64,000 nt of DNA, taken from the human T2T-CHM13v2.0 reference genome, Homo sapiens. The position numbers were made by a program, and so were the translations under genes. Below the pieces are notes generated by a model. It worked only from the letters and a program-made list of their open reading frames with translations, was not told the origin of the DNA and ran no database searches. Numbering within the stretch: position 1 is the first letter of the stretch; every line of letters starts with the position of its first letter. Shown one piece after another: positions 15,114 to 29,120 of this stretch. Location of the stretch: the NCBI RefSeq assembly GCF_009914755.1, contig NC_060937.1; one strand, written 5' to 3'.

Positions 15114-16589
15114 TTACTTGCACTTTGGAAAACATTAATGCAAGTATTTCCCTTTTAAAAATATGATTCAAATGTTCTATATATAATAGTTACAACCCAA
15201 TAAATACAGTTGAAGTACTCATTATCTTCATTTTTGTAACACGACCTTGATGGCAGTTATTTGCTAAATGCCCAGTTCATAGGTATATTTCTAGCTTGTA
15301 GTGTAGTAACAGGTAAATAATAAGCACTGAATAATATCTACTGAATAAATTAATATTTTATAAAACTAAATGAAATATTAACTCAGAAGTTTAAGTGAAA
15401 CAGACAAAAATACTGGCTAGGCTAACATGTCAGGAATAAATAAAAGATCTACCTTCTTAAAACCCTTTATTGGGAGTCAAGTCCTAATAGCTTTGTTTTT
15501 CTAAAGTATGTTCTGAACTGTTGATGGCACTGGTAGGTATTGACCATGACAATGTTGTTAATAAACAACAAAAAGCATATTTTTTCTAGTAAGTGTTATT
15601 CCTTTCCTACATAAAGCCATCTAATTTATACTTTAAGCTTTGAAAGCTAAATGAAATACTTATTTAAAAGCACTATGTCAATGCTCCACAGGGCAAAAGA
15701 TCAACAAATATTAATTTAGCTTGACTTTTTTAGTGCTCTAACAAACCAGAGTTGACCAAATCAGAGGACTCCGAAATGTTTATATTTTAATGCTGGAATT
15801 AAAACAGCTTTTAAGAATCACCTTCCAATTCACTGCTAATGACATATCAAGTGTTTAGAACGTACTAAAAATAAAACTGAGTTGTACCCATATCAGTTTC
15901 ATGATTGCCTATAAAATACAAAGTTTTGGGGGCAATATGTTATAAAAGAGGCGCATACAGTATTTACATTAGCCCACTGATATTCAAAAATTTCATAAAC
16001 CTAAAATTTTAAATCCTATAATATAAACTGCCCAATGACAAATTTTTCTCCCATGTCTGGAATTTACTGACTAGTAATAAGCCAAAAAATTAGCAGTCAA
16101 AATAGAAGATAATAATATACTGAAAAGAAGAACTTACATAACAAACCATTGACCCTTTATCTTGTACTAAAAATCGACATCTTGAAAAAGTAGTTGGTTG
16201 CTGAGATATGGCAAAAGCAGCTCTGCTTTTAATAAGAGAAGATCTGTATTCAGAAGTTAAGTTCCCAATAAACATTTAAGCAGTCAGTGCTATTATGCAA
16301 CTTATAGCAGTTTCCTGTTTGATTTACTTTTAGTCAGCAATCTGACATTCTTAAGGTGGCAATTGCAAGAATCAAAACCAAATGAAACACTGCATCAAAA
16401 TTCCTATAACCCAACTTGGAAACTACACTGGGATGGGGGTGGAGGGAGTTTATTTCTTTTGGTTTGTTTGTTTGTTTTTATTACAACATTAGTTATCACA
16501 TTAACTTTTCCTTTGATTAAACTTAGGTAAGAAAGCATAATGTCTACTTTTTGAGTAAAAACAAAAATAAAACAACACGTGGTGTTTAC

Positions 16590-16830
16590 TGTAATAATAA
16601 TAAAGCTAAGACTCTCAGCACATACTTCATGCCAGGTATCGATTGTTCTAAACATTTTACGAGTATGAATTAATTTCATCCTCACAGCAACCTTGCAAGG
16701 TAGATGTCATTACTACTTCCATTTTTGGTGCAATACTGAAGTAGAAAGAGGCTAAGTAACTTGCCCACAGTCACACGGATAATAAAGTGAAGGAACCAGG
16801 ATGCAAACCTAGGTGGTCCAGAATCCAGCA
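16590..16830 (+). mobile_element. MIR element
   Basis: catcctcacagcaaccttgcaaggtagatg...gaggctaagtaacttgcccacagtcacac. Confidence 0.75.
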
Positions 16831-19679
16831 TTAGGCACTGCAGCTGATCCTGCCAGTGTAAATACTCCTTGCATTAGTTCTGAACAAAGCTCTATAGGAC
16901 CACAAAAACAAAGCTGTTGGGACCCCCAGGATCCTCTGCATTTCTGGTGAAAAATTAAGTCTCCAATTAGCACTAAGCCTTTTGATTGGGTACTTCTCTT
17001 TCCATTTTTTAATGGATTAATTTTATATCAACAGAGAAATAACTTCAGAGTACTATCAGGTGCTCGTTTATGTAAATGTCTCACTTCCTTTTCTTTGCTT
17101 TGAAATAATTACATTCCAAAATGTATACACTTTTAACTGTAAATAGAAGGACCAAATAAAAAAACACCTAAATATAGTTGAATATACATACACTGGTATT
17201 TTAATCATCTTTACATTTCTTAAATGATGAAGCAAGTTATAACCATTCCCTTATGTTTCCATAGAATTTTTTCCTTCTTCTTTTGTATTTTGGAATCTAA
17301 GCATGTGTATTATAAAACTCCTTCCCAAGATACATATTCAGGAAAAGTATTCTGTGCCAGCATTACCTCTATCAGAAATTGACAAAGTTAAAAAATGAAT
17401 ATCTAGGAAGGAAACATAACTTGGAGAACTCCCACCCATTTTTGACTGGTATATTGTATATATACTCCCTCTTACCACTCACCAGTTAATTAAGAACCAC
17501 AGTTTGTGAACACAAATTCAGACTTCATATGGGGAGAAAATGTCCCATATTACATATATCCCCCAATATAGGGTAGGAAGGCTATTTCCAAGTCCTTTGT
17601 ATATAGGATCCATCAAATGCTATAATATGAACTTGTCAAAGCTTCAAGATAATCTTTTAACATATCCTTGAACAAGCAGTTATAGTCTTCACCAGATCAA
17701 CTCTTAAATTAACATCCCACTTCTTATTTTAACATAGAATTGTAATGTCTACTTGCCTGCTTTAAAAGAATTCATTGACTATTGTACAGAATGGAGATGC
17801 TCTAATGACCACTCACAGAGACTCAACTTTAAGAAGGATGTAGTCATATTTTACTTCCTGCCAGGGCAACACAGATATACTTTGCACAAAGGCAAACTCT
17901 TCTGTCAGGACCAGTCTTGCAAAGGTGGTGTTATACTGAGCAGCAACCTGCCTCCTATCCCCCAACCCTCTGGCACCCAGTTGAAACTCCCAGCATCTGC
18001 ACTTCAGCCTGAATGACACAGCAAGACTCTATCTCTGAAGTCCAAATAAATGACAAAACACTGTCTAAATCTGTATCTAAATCACAATGAATTCAACATA
18101 AGATAGATACCAAAACTTCATTAGTGTGATAGCAACTATTGAACCGAAAGCTGAAAAAGCTTTCTCTTTGTAAGCCTTAAGAAATGCTAAGTAAAACAAT
18201 TTCATTTCATAGAAATGAAACCATATTTTTTCTACAGGATCCACAGTATAATTTAACTCATAATTGCATCAGGTGCACTAACAGTTTATATAGGTTCTGG
18301 CTTTTAACTGCATACATGTCTGTTATCCTATGGAAAATCTTTACTAATTAAGTAAAATTGAGATTAAACTATTCTAGTGGAAATCAATATATAGTATTTG
18401 ACCTATGAGTCAAAAGAGATAGATTAGTCAGTGGAACAACGTGTAGATGAAAGAAGCAGAAAAACAAAGAGTTTTATTTCCTAAACTCTACACACTGCAG
18501 ATTTTAAGAAAATAAGTTTAGTATATTGGAATTTAAAACATCTCTGGGTATCTCATATGTTTATTTATATCCTTATGACCTAAGCTGAAAAAAAATCAAG
18601 CAAAATATAAAACCTTTTTGGAGTTCAATCTATCCATGTGTAAAATAAGGAAATCATAGACTAGATTAACTCTAAAGTAATAAACAGAGCTAATTCCATA
18701 CCTAAAAGGACACAAGGCAGAACTAACATTTCCATTAGGCTTTTAAGAATAGGTAAGAAGTATTATTTAAATGGTCTTACACCTAACCATGACTGAGACT
18801 TGCCAATTACCAGTCTCAAAAAAGTCACTTTTTAATCTTATAATTGTTGCTAAAATAATTTTCTGAGGATTTTTTCTCCTTGAACATCTCAGTCTAGTGC
18901 GATACTTAATATTATATTTTCACTCTAGCTACAAAGAAATCTAAATAGTGGCCCCAAATAGGAAGATGGGCATGTATCTTTTTCACTGGGCTCATGATAA
19001 AAGCAACATGTAGAAACTGGAATAAAGCAGAGGACAGTTATTTGCAGTGGTTGTTAGCAGTGATTCTAGATGTTCACCACAAAAAAAGCATGTGAGTCAA
19101 GAGATGTCAACACAGATGTGGTCAAACTTCCATAATAAGGAACTAGGTGTTTCCTGTGTCCAGACAAATGGGAGGTCTGAACGGCTTTAGCAGTGTCTCA
19201 AAGTGACCAACGTGACAGGAATTTAGGTGAACAGAAATAGACGAATAATCCTCTTCAGTTGAAAGGCAGATTCAATTTTGTGAGTACGTTTCTTTTAGGA
19301 TGCTCATTTCTGCATCTTCTTGGCATTTGGAATAAACTCCACTTAGGCACATATGTACCCCCTAACTAGCAAATCCACTTCTATTAATTTAAAATTAAAA
19401 TTAGGCTTTGGTTGAAGGCCACAGCACAGCTCTAAGGAAATTTCAGCATGGAATAGAGTAGAAACAGGATTTCTGTCTGCAATCAACATTTTACATGGTA
19501 ATTCATGGTCTTTGATTACACCAAGGGTCACATTTTCCCTACTATATAGCCCTCAGAGCACTCAGAAAGATGGCATGCATTCAGGAGACAAACAAAACTG
19601 CTTTTTAAACTAAGGATGATGTTCAGTTGGAAGAATCTGTGAATTTTTTTTAAATAAAAATACGTAGACCTCTAATCAC

Positions 19680-19703
19680 CTTGATTCTGAAGCAGTGTCT
19701 TGT
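19680..19703 (-). CDS. TBC1D4: TBC1D4 exon 12 (24-nt microexon; QDTASES)
   Basis: ttttcctgttgtaccag|ACAAGACACTGCTTCAGAATCAAG|gtgatt; phase 2-2; restores the expected S751 numbering downstream. Confidence 0.93.
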
Positions 19704-20408
19704 CTGGTACAACAGGAAAACAAGGAATGGAATTAGCACACACAAATATGTCCAAATCAGGATTCAGGATAAAAGGCATTCCAATAAGTCATCAATAAGT
19801 CATGGTAAGGTTACTTCAATAATGAACCACAATGAATAATTATACCTTTTTTTTTCACTGAATACAAGAGAAATATAGAACAAAAACTATACCACAAAGT
19901 ACTTCATCATCAAAGATTTTATTTTCTCATTGAAAAGTTTTATCAGTGAATAGAAGTAGTATCTATCATTTACTTTTTTTTGACTGTCATTTACTTCTGA
20001 GCAATGAATTTCAACATAAATAAATTTTTAAGCACAGGCTTAAAACCTGAGAAGCACTGTAAAAAGTAACAAATATGTCTGTGATAATATTTAATAAGCA
20101 GATGTTATAAAAATTACCATAACATTATATAAAATTATAGTTTACTAAACAATGAAATAACATTAAATTTTGAAAAATTAATTCAAAGTGAGGTAAAAGA
20201 AAAAATACACACATTCCCTCTCCTCTATCATTTCAGTTATGTGCAAATAAATCTACTAACCAACTATTAAAAAGATCTTGGCTCCTTTTTCTCAGCCTGC
20301 TTAAAAATAGTAACCTGTTTTCAGTAATTCAGGATAGTGGTCCTGGAAATGGATGCCTAATCTGAATTTAAAATTTCAAAATAATGTGCTTTTAAAAAAG
20401 TAATAGTA

Positions 20409-20732
<324 letters not shown>

Positions 20733-23284
20733 TTAGCGTATCTCCTACCCTACCCTATTCCCTACTTGACTATGCATATTTAGAGATTCATTTTATGCAA
20801 CTAATAAGATATTAAGTATTCAACTGACAAGAAAATTATAACTGATAGTACTATGAACCTTCTCCCCTCACTATTCTGAATAGTTCCAGATATCATAGTA
20901 ATTATGTGTACATGATATCCTCTCTAAAACAAGTGATAATGAGAATGTAGAGTTCAGAAACCACTGGGTTTCAGAAACCATGCTCTTGAATTGAATATCC
21001 TTTTTCTTAGGAAATACACCCTAAAGTATTAAGAGTAAACGGACACGATGCATGCAACTTATTCACAAATGGCTTAGAATGAGGAAATATAGCGGTGCAT
21101 ATATATGTATATATATATGTAAATGGACCAAAAATTATAAAACAAATGTAGCAAAATATAAAAAGTTGATTAACCTGGATAAAGGGTTAACAGGAATCCT
21201 CTGTGATATTTCTGCAACTTTAGTATAAATTTGAAATTGTTTCAAAATACAAATTAAAAATTCTCCAATCTTCTAACTTGAACATTTATGTTGAAGTGAC
21301 TTACTAGTTCAGATAAACCTATTAAGAGAGCATTTTGTCCAACAATTTTACTACCGTGTAGATATTCATCAATAATTCATATGTAGGTACAATTAAAGAC
21401 ATGTATAATAATAGTGAAGACAGGACTCTTTTTGAAGCCAAAAACCTAGAAATAACCCATATGTCTACTCACAAGAGAATGGAAAAATTGAGATATATTA
21501 AATGGAATACTAAATAGCAATAAAATGAATGAAATAAAATGCTCATTAAAAGAGGAATTAAATCTCACAAACGAATGTCAGTGAAAGATGTGAGATAAAA
21601 GAATATAGGCTGTATCATTCCATTTATACAAAGTTCAAAGCCAAGCACCACTAATCTAAGATATCTGAGGTCAGCATGGGGATGGTGATTAGATGGGGGA
21701 CATGGGAGAAGTTGCAGGCATGCTGCTAGCATTCCATTTATTGACTGGGGTGAAGAGAAATAGTGGTGTTCACTCTGTGATAATCCATTGAGCTGTGTGC
21801 TTTCAATTGGTGTCCTTTCCTGGGAAAACAATTTTTTAAGTACACTTTTGGCCTATTCATTTTCTGCTATCAAACTTTCAAAGTGTAGAAAAGGGTACAA
21901 ACAAGTACTCTCTGATTTTTAGAATTGCACATAGCCAAGAAAACATTAAAACATACAGAAAACAAGGATTTTTTAATGATCTTAGAAATTTAAAAGTTTG
22001 CCATATATTTCAATACACCACTTAAAACAACACAGCTACAAAAAGGTGAAATTTTTCAACCCAAAACTAATGTGTATTTGCCCTTTGACTTCAAAATCCT
22101 TCTATTAGAATGAGGTATAGAGGGCTTTGGGAAGCTATTGGCAAAAAGAACACATACAACTAAGCAGGAACTCCTGAAAGCAAATGAATAACCTTATATT
22201 AAACAATATGAACAATCTGTATAGACAGAAGCCACCACTTTTGTGCTTTACATCCTAGTTACAGCTAACCTTTGATCTTAATGGGTATTGCTAATTGTCA
22301 CTTTCAGGCATGGTTCTCTCAGGAAGGAAACTGGGATTCTCCATATACTCACTTTAACAAACATAACAATAAGAAAATGCAAATAGGTTGGTTGAAAGTG
22401 TTGTATTCTTATCAGTAGGCCGTATTATAGAGATACGGCAAACTGATATCTTTATGTATATTCTTGGTTCTCTAAATTAGTTTCATATTCTATATATCTT
22501 ATACTAGTTTTGTGGCTATTTCCTTTGAAATTTCTTCCATAAGGTCGTCCCTGAAAGCACTCTAAAGTAAATTCTTCATATACTTTCTTCACTATAAATC
22601 AAATTCACTGTTGGAACATGACTTTGTACTAATTCAGAGGAAAGTTCAGGATCAAAATTATATTAATCCAGTATTAGTTATCTTTTCTTAAAGTGAAAAA
22701 AAGGCACACATGGACAAAAGACCCTCAGGAATAATTCAAGGATTAGTCTACTTTAACTAGTGAGTGAGTGCTACCTAGTTATATATTAACTTTTAGCATG
22801 TACTATGTCTAAGAGAAATAGGCCAAAAGAATATCTAAGAAGATGTTAATGGCACACAGGCTAGTGGATAACATGTATTCCTCTCCTGACTACAAGAAGT
22901 GCCAATTATCAAACAACAAGAAACAACCCAAATATCCATCAGCAAGAGAGTGGATAAAATGTAATGTATGAAATGGAATACTATACAGCAATAAAAGTGA
23001 ATAAGTCAAGCTATACACAAAAACAGGAATGAATCTCACAAACATCTATGACACCAACAAATTTAGAAAGGTTCCCAAGTAAGCCCATTACTTTCTAGAG
23101 GCTGCAGCACCCCACTAAGAATTTGAATGATCAATATTATTGCATGTATAATTTTAATTTTTTTAAAAAAAAGCAATTCTCCAAAAATCACTACGTCTAA
23201 TTTTGTGTTACTAAAAGAACAAGAATAAGATTTAACAGGCTATACATTTTCCATACTGGGGATAAAAACAAAACAAAATAGAAT

Positions 23285-23333
23285 GTTCACAAGATTCAAG
23301 AGGTCGTTCACAAGATTCAAGAGGTCCTTCACA
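23285..23333. repeat. Perfect 21-bp tandem duplication GTTCACAAGATTCAAGAGGTC x2 (+ partial third)
   Basis: Direct reading 23285-23305 and 23306-23326. Confidence 0.92.
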
Positions 23334-23902
23334 GATCCCTCATGCTATCTAAGAGTTGCTATCCATATGATCTTGTAACCATTATGCGATTTATATTGAG
23401 ATCCAGAAAAGTCTGTCATTGAAAAATCAAAGAAATGCCTAGGAAATATTCTATATACTTAAAAATAAAGACATTATTGTATCTATCAGTTTAGTACAGT
23501 TATGTCAATCAGTGGCTTTTGGATTCCATTAAATATGTCTAGAAAGGCCAAGGAAAAAAAAAGGCACAATCAGGGAAGGTTCACTTAGTATATGTTAGCA
23601 TCAGTTGTGCTAACAATACAAAGCTTAGACTCTGGAGTTTGAGAAAACGAAACACACAAACAATACAAAAAGCATAATTCAAAAAGATATCATATCATCA
23701 AAAAGCTTTGAAACTACTGGTTGAAAAAGTTCTCTTAATAAAATTAATTGGGATTGAAACCAATATATTAGAAACAGATTAGAACAAGCACAACACAGGG
23801 ATGCATAAATGTCACTCCAAAATTAATCAACCACTTTTTAGTAACATATCAGTATATCACTGCAGAAAATTTTGCTTTGCAAACAGAGGACACTGATCTC
23901 AC

Positions 23903-24067
23903 CTGATTTCATTTTCATACTGTGGGGACAGTCTACCTGAATTCTGGTAAAAGCTTTTCAGGAAAGAGGGGGCAGTGAAGGAAGGGGCAGAGAAGGAAGT
24001 GTGAAGACTTGGAAGACTGGAGGAAGAATTACTCTCCTTGTACATGCGTCGAACTGACGAAAGATTG
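23903..24067 (-). CDS. TBC1D4: TBC1D4 exon 11 (165 nt, long-isoform cassette; [10 protein letters not shown]...QYENEI; R684, S704)
   Basis: tgtactcag|CAA acceptor, CAG|gtgaga donor; phase 2-2, 55 codons, no stop. Confidence 0.95.
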
Positions 24068-25862
24068 CTGAGTACAGAAAATACAGCAAATATGTCTTAA
24101 TTTATATTTTGACAAAATCTTCATTCACTATGAAAAAGCATATAAACAGGTTCTTGCTATTAATTTAATCTTTCCTTTCAAGGCTCAGGGCTGGATCTTA
24201 CATGAAAAAAAAAGAAGAAGCATGCAGTTCTCTATTTAGATAACTATGACCTAATTTCATTCCTTTACAATTTGAATTCCTTATCTATACAGTATGTCTA
24301 AGCATCTGTGTTTGTCTCTAAAAATTTCTTAACAATTTGAGGACAAAAAGTATTTGTTTTCACATGCAAAAGACACTTCAAGGGAAAAAAGCAGGAAAGC
24401 ACAAATAATTACAGGAAACAAGTTCCAGAAGGAAGGACTGATTATCACTAGTTCAAAGACTTTGACTATTTTAAAGATATAAACCCTTCTAAATATTTAA
24501 GAACAACATGTTTGGTTGTTGGAAGTTATCATAATGCCTTTGGCTTAACAAACATTAATGTCCGTGTTCTTTCCTGAGGACAGTGGAATTGTGCCACTAT
24601 GGTTTAATCGAAAGCCCAAAATCTAGAAGATTCTTTGCATAGCAAGCTTTCACAATGACACAGAGAGCATCTTTTTATAGTGATAGAAATTGTTTGAACT
24701 TATACATTATAAAATGTGGAAAACAGAGGGAAGGATTGAGATATTTATAGTCTAAAATGATTGATGTCTTTAATTATTGAAAATAATTTTTCCTGGAAAA
24801 AAAAAGAGTTCTATTGCCTTGAGTAAATATATATGAAGTGATCATTTAAATATCTTGATATACATATGACTACTTAATATCCTTTACACACACAGCAAAA
24901 AAATCTGAGAATAATGAACTCTGTTAACTTTATTTTTTGTATCATAAAATATCTCATTTTTAAATTTCGAGTCATTCAGAAAACAACAATGAAAATAAAA
25001 CTGTATCCTTAGAAGAAATGCAGGCAAATTTTGTAACACACGATATAAAAATTAGCCTTCTCCTTTTACATCGAGTTGTGTTTTTTTTTTTCTCTCCAAC
25101 GAGCATCTTTACTTAACCCTATTTTCCGTAACAAATTCATAGGTAAAGAAGAGAAACAAAATGAGTTCTAAGATATAAATTTGATCTGTGTTACACAGAA
25201 AGAAGAAAATCATTCCAAGTTTATCCTCTTTACTGTTTCTCACCAAATATCAAGCAACTTTTTGTTAAATTATGTTTTAAATACTGTGTAAGATCTTTTC
25301 TAAGTGGACACTGCCTGTCAATTATGGTATATATACTCTTCTTTATACATATCACCTTATTCTAGATACAATTTATAACAATTTTCATATTCAGCTTTAA
25401 TTTATTATGTAACAAAATATAGCCAAATATTATCTCATGTATGAAAGTAACTTAGGTGACTTTTAAAACCCTGGTATTTTATCATAAGCTAACAGGAAGT
25501 TCTAATGCTATGTTATTTTCAAATCTGCTGACTTTGTTTCTCTAGAATCATCATCAAGACACTGCGTAACGTGTTATCAGCAGGTTTTCAGACAAAACAA
25601 CTGCATGGTTATCTTGTTTTTTCTATTTTTCTGAAAGGAAAAACAAAAGAGTTTCCACCCAAACGAATTAACTCTTCTTTTTGTGTATGCCTTAACCTTG
25701 CCTGTTTCGCCTAGTAAATGAGGTAACTTAATTTGTTTTTATGGTGTTTCTCAAAACTAAAAGTTGGCTACAGCATAAATTCACAATCCACCTTGACTCC
25801 AGAGTAATCAAAACTGTGTGCCTTGAGAATCTAGGTCTCATTCTGGAGAGGGTCAGACTCAC

Positions 25863-26089
25863 CTGCACTGTTCACTGGAGCTCTGCCTCAGCAGAGGGGA
25901 ACGCACACCCTGAGCCCTCCCATCCTGCAAATTCAGCTTTCTCTTTGTGCTTGAAGGTGGGTGGCTGAACGTGTGTGCCCGTCTTCGAAACTGCGGGGAG
26001 TCGGAATCCTCTTCGGGAAACGTTTGCCAAGCTGAGGACGGTGGGGACGCTGGCGGTGTCCCTGGTGGAGAATCCCCTGGTGAGTAGTC
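25863..26089 (-). CDS. TBC1D4: TBC1D4 exon 10 (227 nt; DYSPGD...RRRAHT642FS...[10 protein letters not shown])
   Basis: ORF 25859..26098; tgtttcag|GAC acceptor, CAG|gtgagt donor; Akt/14-3-3 site T642. Confidence 0.97.
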
Positions 26090-26245
26090 CTGAAACACAA
26101 GCGGAAGGGAGCCCTTTATTTCCCACGTGGGTCATGGCAGACCTGCCAAAACACAGAGCTCAAAAGTGACAGTGTGCCTCATCTTCCTCCTGAGTCATGA
26201 CAAAACTGTTTTTCCTCCCCCTTTTACTTAATTTATGCCGTAGGC

Positions 26246-26335
26246 TAATCAGTATCACTACAACCCATTATCTTCTGATAAGCAGCTGTAATCAGTATCA
26301 CCACAACCCACTTATCTTTGGATAAGCAGCTGTAA
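26246..26335. repeat. ~43-bp tandem duplication containing GATA and E-box motifs
   Basis: taatcagtatcacYacaaccca(c)ttatctt..gataagcagctg present twice. Confidence 0.9.
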
Positions 26336-27417
26336 GACAGCATCCGTAAAGACAGGCCAGAAAGTGAGAGGGATGACAAAAAAGTGAAAGCTATTCTCTC
26401 CCCTGACACTTTGTGATGAAACGCTAGAGCTACTGTACTTCTCTCACTGTTGCCAGAGAGATGAAAAAAAGATCATGACCAAAAGAGGGTGGAGTCTGTG
26501 TTTCCGTATCTCCTGGCTTCCGTGACATATCAATTGCATGCTTCCTGTACTGCCAAAACAGTATTACAATGCCTAAGTGTCCAAGTCTCATGGCAAAGCC
26601 TTCCGGAAAATAAAGTCTGTTAAGTATCTTCCCTCACCGTGGATGTTTCTATTCAATTACATGTTCCCTGAGGTAAATTTCTTTTAAAACACATGAAAAA
26701 CAGGAAATGAATGAAAACCGAGCTATGCTGGAATGCATCTCATATTGCATGGGTAGAAATCATAAATCTCTCAATTTAGACAGGTATGCTGTTAAAACTT
26801 TCCAGAACAGGCACCACTGTAGAAATATTTAGCTTGATAAACATGGGTTAGTGATAATAGACTCATAGCTGGACTAAGTCCCCACTTCCATCAACAGAAA
26901 GTTTAACAGAAATATTTTAATATATTTCCATTTTAAAAAATAGGCTGCATGTGCCTCAGGTGACATACTGCACTACGCAGGAAACAGGAAACCCAACCTA
27001 CCGAGAGTTGTCAATGAGATAAAGAAGATCCCAGTGTTGCAGCTAAAATGATTTTTAAAAAATGAGGGGGGAAAATAACACGGGAAGGGAACAAATAAAA
27101 TCACTGTACAAGTATATAATTACTAATATATGGCTCATTTTTTATAAGGCATTGGATCAATAGTTGCTCAAATACTGTTGTCCAAAGCATACTATCTCCA
27201 AACAATAAAAAGCCTAACAGAGCACAGTTAGCCTGTAAGGGAATAAGAAGCTACATGCTAATGCCTAGAATCTTCTTAGTTAAAATAATAAAGTCTCAAA
27301 TATTTATTTTTTAAAAAGCTATAAAGCATTCATAATAAAAAATGGAGCATGCATATTACCATATCGGTGCTGACTTTGTTAAGTTGCAATTAGTGTAAAC
27401 AAGCTCTAGTTAGATAC

Positions 27418-27492
27418 CTTCTCTGAAGCAAGACTGTTGGACCGTTCAAAACTGTCCACACTTCCAAGCCGACCTCTCATTCTGTTAGCTCC
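27418..27492 (-). CDS. TBC1D4: TBC1D4 exon 9 (75 nt; [25 protein letters not shown]; Akt site S588)
   Basis: ttcactcag|GGA acceptor, AAG|gtatct donor; RxRxxS motif. Confidence 0.96.
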
Positions 27493-29052
27493 CTGAGTGA
27501 AAAGAATAAAATTAAGTGCTTCGTGTGATTTAAAATTTTACTTCAAAACTATAAAAGGTAGTTCCAGGTGGTCTCTTAATGTTAGCATTAAATTGATCAT
27601 TTTGTGGTTCACTTAAATTTGTTGGCTTTATTAATAGTCATTACAGCACAGTAAAAATAACTATTTCTGATCTATTTCCATTATTTTTAAATCAGCCGTT
27701 AGATAACTAGATACTCAGACCAAGCTTTTTGAAGTTAGTTTGGTTACAAGATTACACGTTATTCATCCATAAGTTCAGTGAGGGCCCCAATTAACTCTGT
27801 CTCAGATTCAAATATGGAAGATACAGCAAAACAAACCAGAAAAGCTATGCAGAAAATGACTTAATACATACAACCTAGATCAAAACATCATAATTCATTT
27901 ATAGGATTATAATAAACATCAGTTAAAAACCACATGGAAAAGAAAACCACATTCTAAAATTTATCGGTTTTGCATCATTCATTATTCCATAATGCCAAAC
28001 TATTTCAAGAAATCATTTAATTCTGGAAGACTAGATATCAGTCTGCTTCAATACTGGTGAATTGGTTATCAATTTTTTTTCACATAGTCCTTTGGTGTGG
28101 ATTTTATAAATGATCTCAGAAAGAGATCTAAGAGATCACCTAAGATCTAAGAGACCTAAGAACCTAAGAGATTATTCTTTCTGTTCCCCCCTCACTTTAA
28201 ATAGGAAGAAACTGAGGCCAACTATAGAAGGAAAGAGGATACAAGTCAGGTTGGGAACCTCATCATCTACAAGGTCTTAAAAGACAAAACACAGACTGAG
28301 GAGTTCCACACAACTCTAGAGCATGTGGCGAAGTTCTAAAAAAGAATGAGTGGAAACACCAGTCAGATCCATGTGACAGTGACCCTGCGAAATTTTTTAA
28401 CAATGCATAACATTTGCATAGTACTTTCCAGGCTTCGACTCTGTCTGCAAACATTCTTAGGTTTATTTGGGGGTCGGGGGTAAGGGGTTGCATTTCATTT
28501 TAATTTTTAATCAAAGTAATATCAGCACAAAGTTTCAAAAGTGAAACTGTGCTATCAAGTTTATAATGAAAAGTGGTGGTCATCAACCCCCTCTCTTGCA
28601 CTCTGAATCCCACTCCCCAAAAGCGAACCTTGAAATTATTTATATTGATATTTCTGGTATTCAGCTTATCCTACCGTTCCTTAAGCTTTCCATTTTAGGA
28701 AGTATCTATTGACTTCCTAACTCTGGAAGATGAAATTTAATATTCTTACCTCATTATATACCCAGTTCCACCTCCCCCCAACCCCCACACACACCTTTCT
28801 TCCCCTCTTCCTTCAATATAGTTACATCACGAATTTTGGTTAAATCAGTACTTTGTGCTTAGATTATTAGGACTGTAAGTATTGTTTGCAGCTGAGCGAC
28901 ATATTTTACTATGATTATGTCTGCTTACACCTCATATCTTATATATTTTGTTTTTCATGGAGTTAGTGACTACTTCAGCAAACACGAATATATTACAAAA
29001 CTCTCCTACAGTTCACAATATGGTCAAACATCACCACACCAACCATCAATTA

Positions 29053-29120
29053 CCCTCCCCTCCCCTTCCCTCCCCTCACGTCTCCTCTCCTCTCTCTCTT
29101 TCTCTCTCTCTCTCTCCCCC
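29053..29120. repeat. Polypyrimidine/(CT)n tract
   Basis: About 68 bp almost entirely C/T. Confidence 0.9.

Noticed and set aside
19782-19803. 11-bp tandem duplication caataagtcat upstream of exon 12
   Set aside because: Short slippage-type repeat with no recognisable motif
23931-23940. Internal donor-like CAG|GTAGAC in exon 11
   Set aside because: Weaker than the true donor and would remove 34 nt (frameshift); no support
28121-28172. Degenerate ctaagaga repeats
   Set aside because: Low-complexity slippage with no regular repeat-spacer structure; not CRISPR-like
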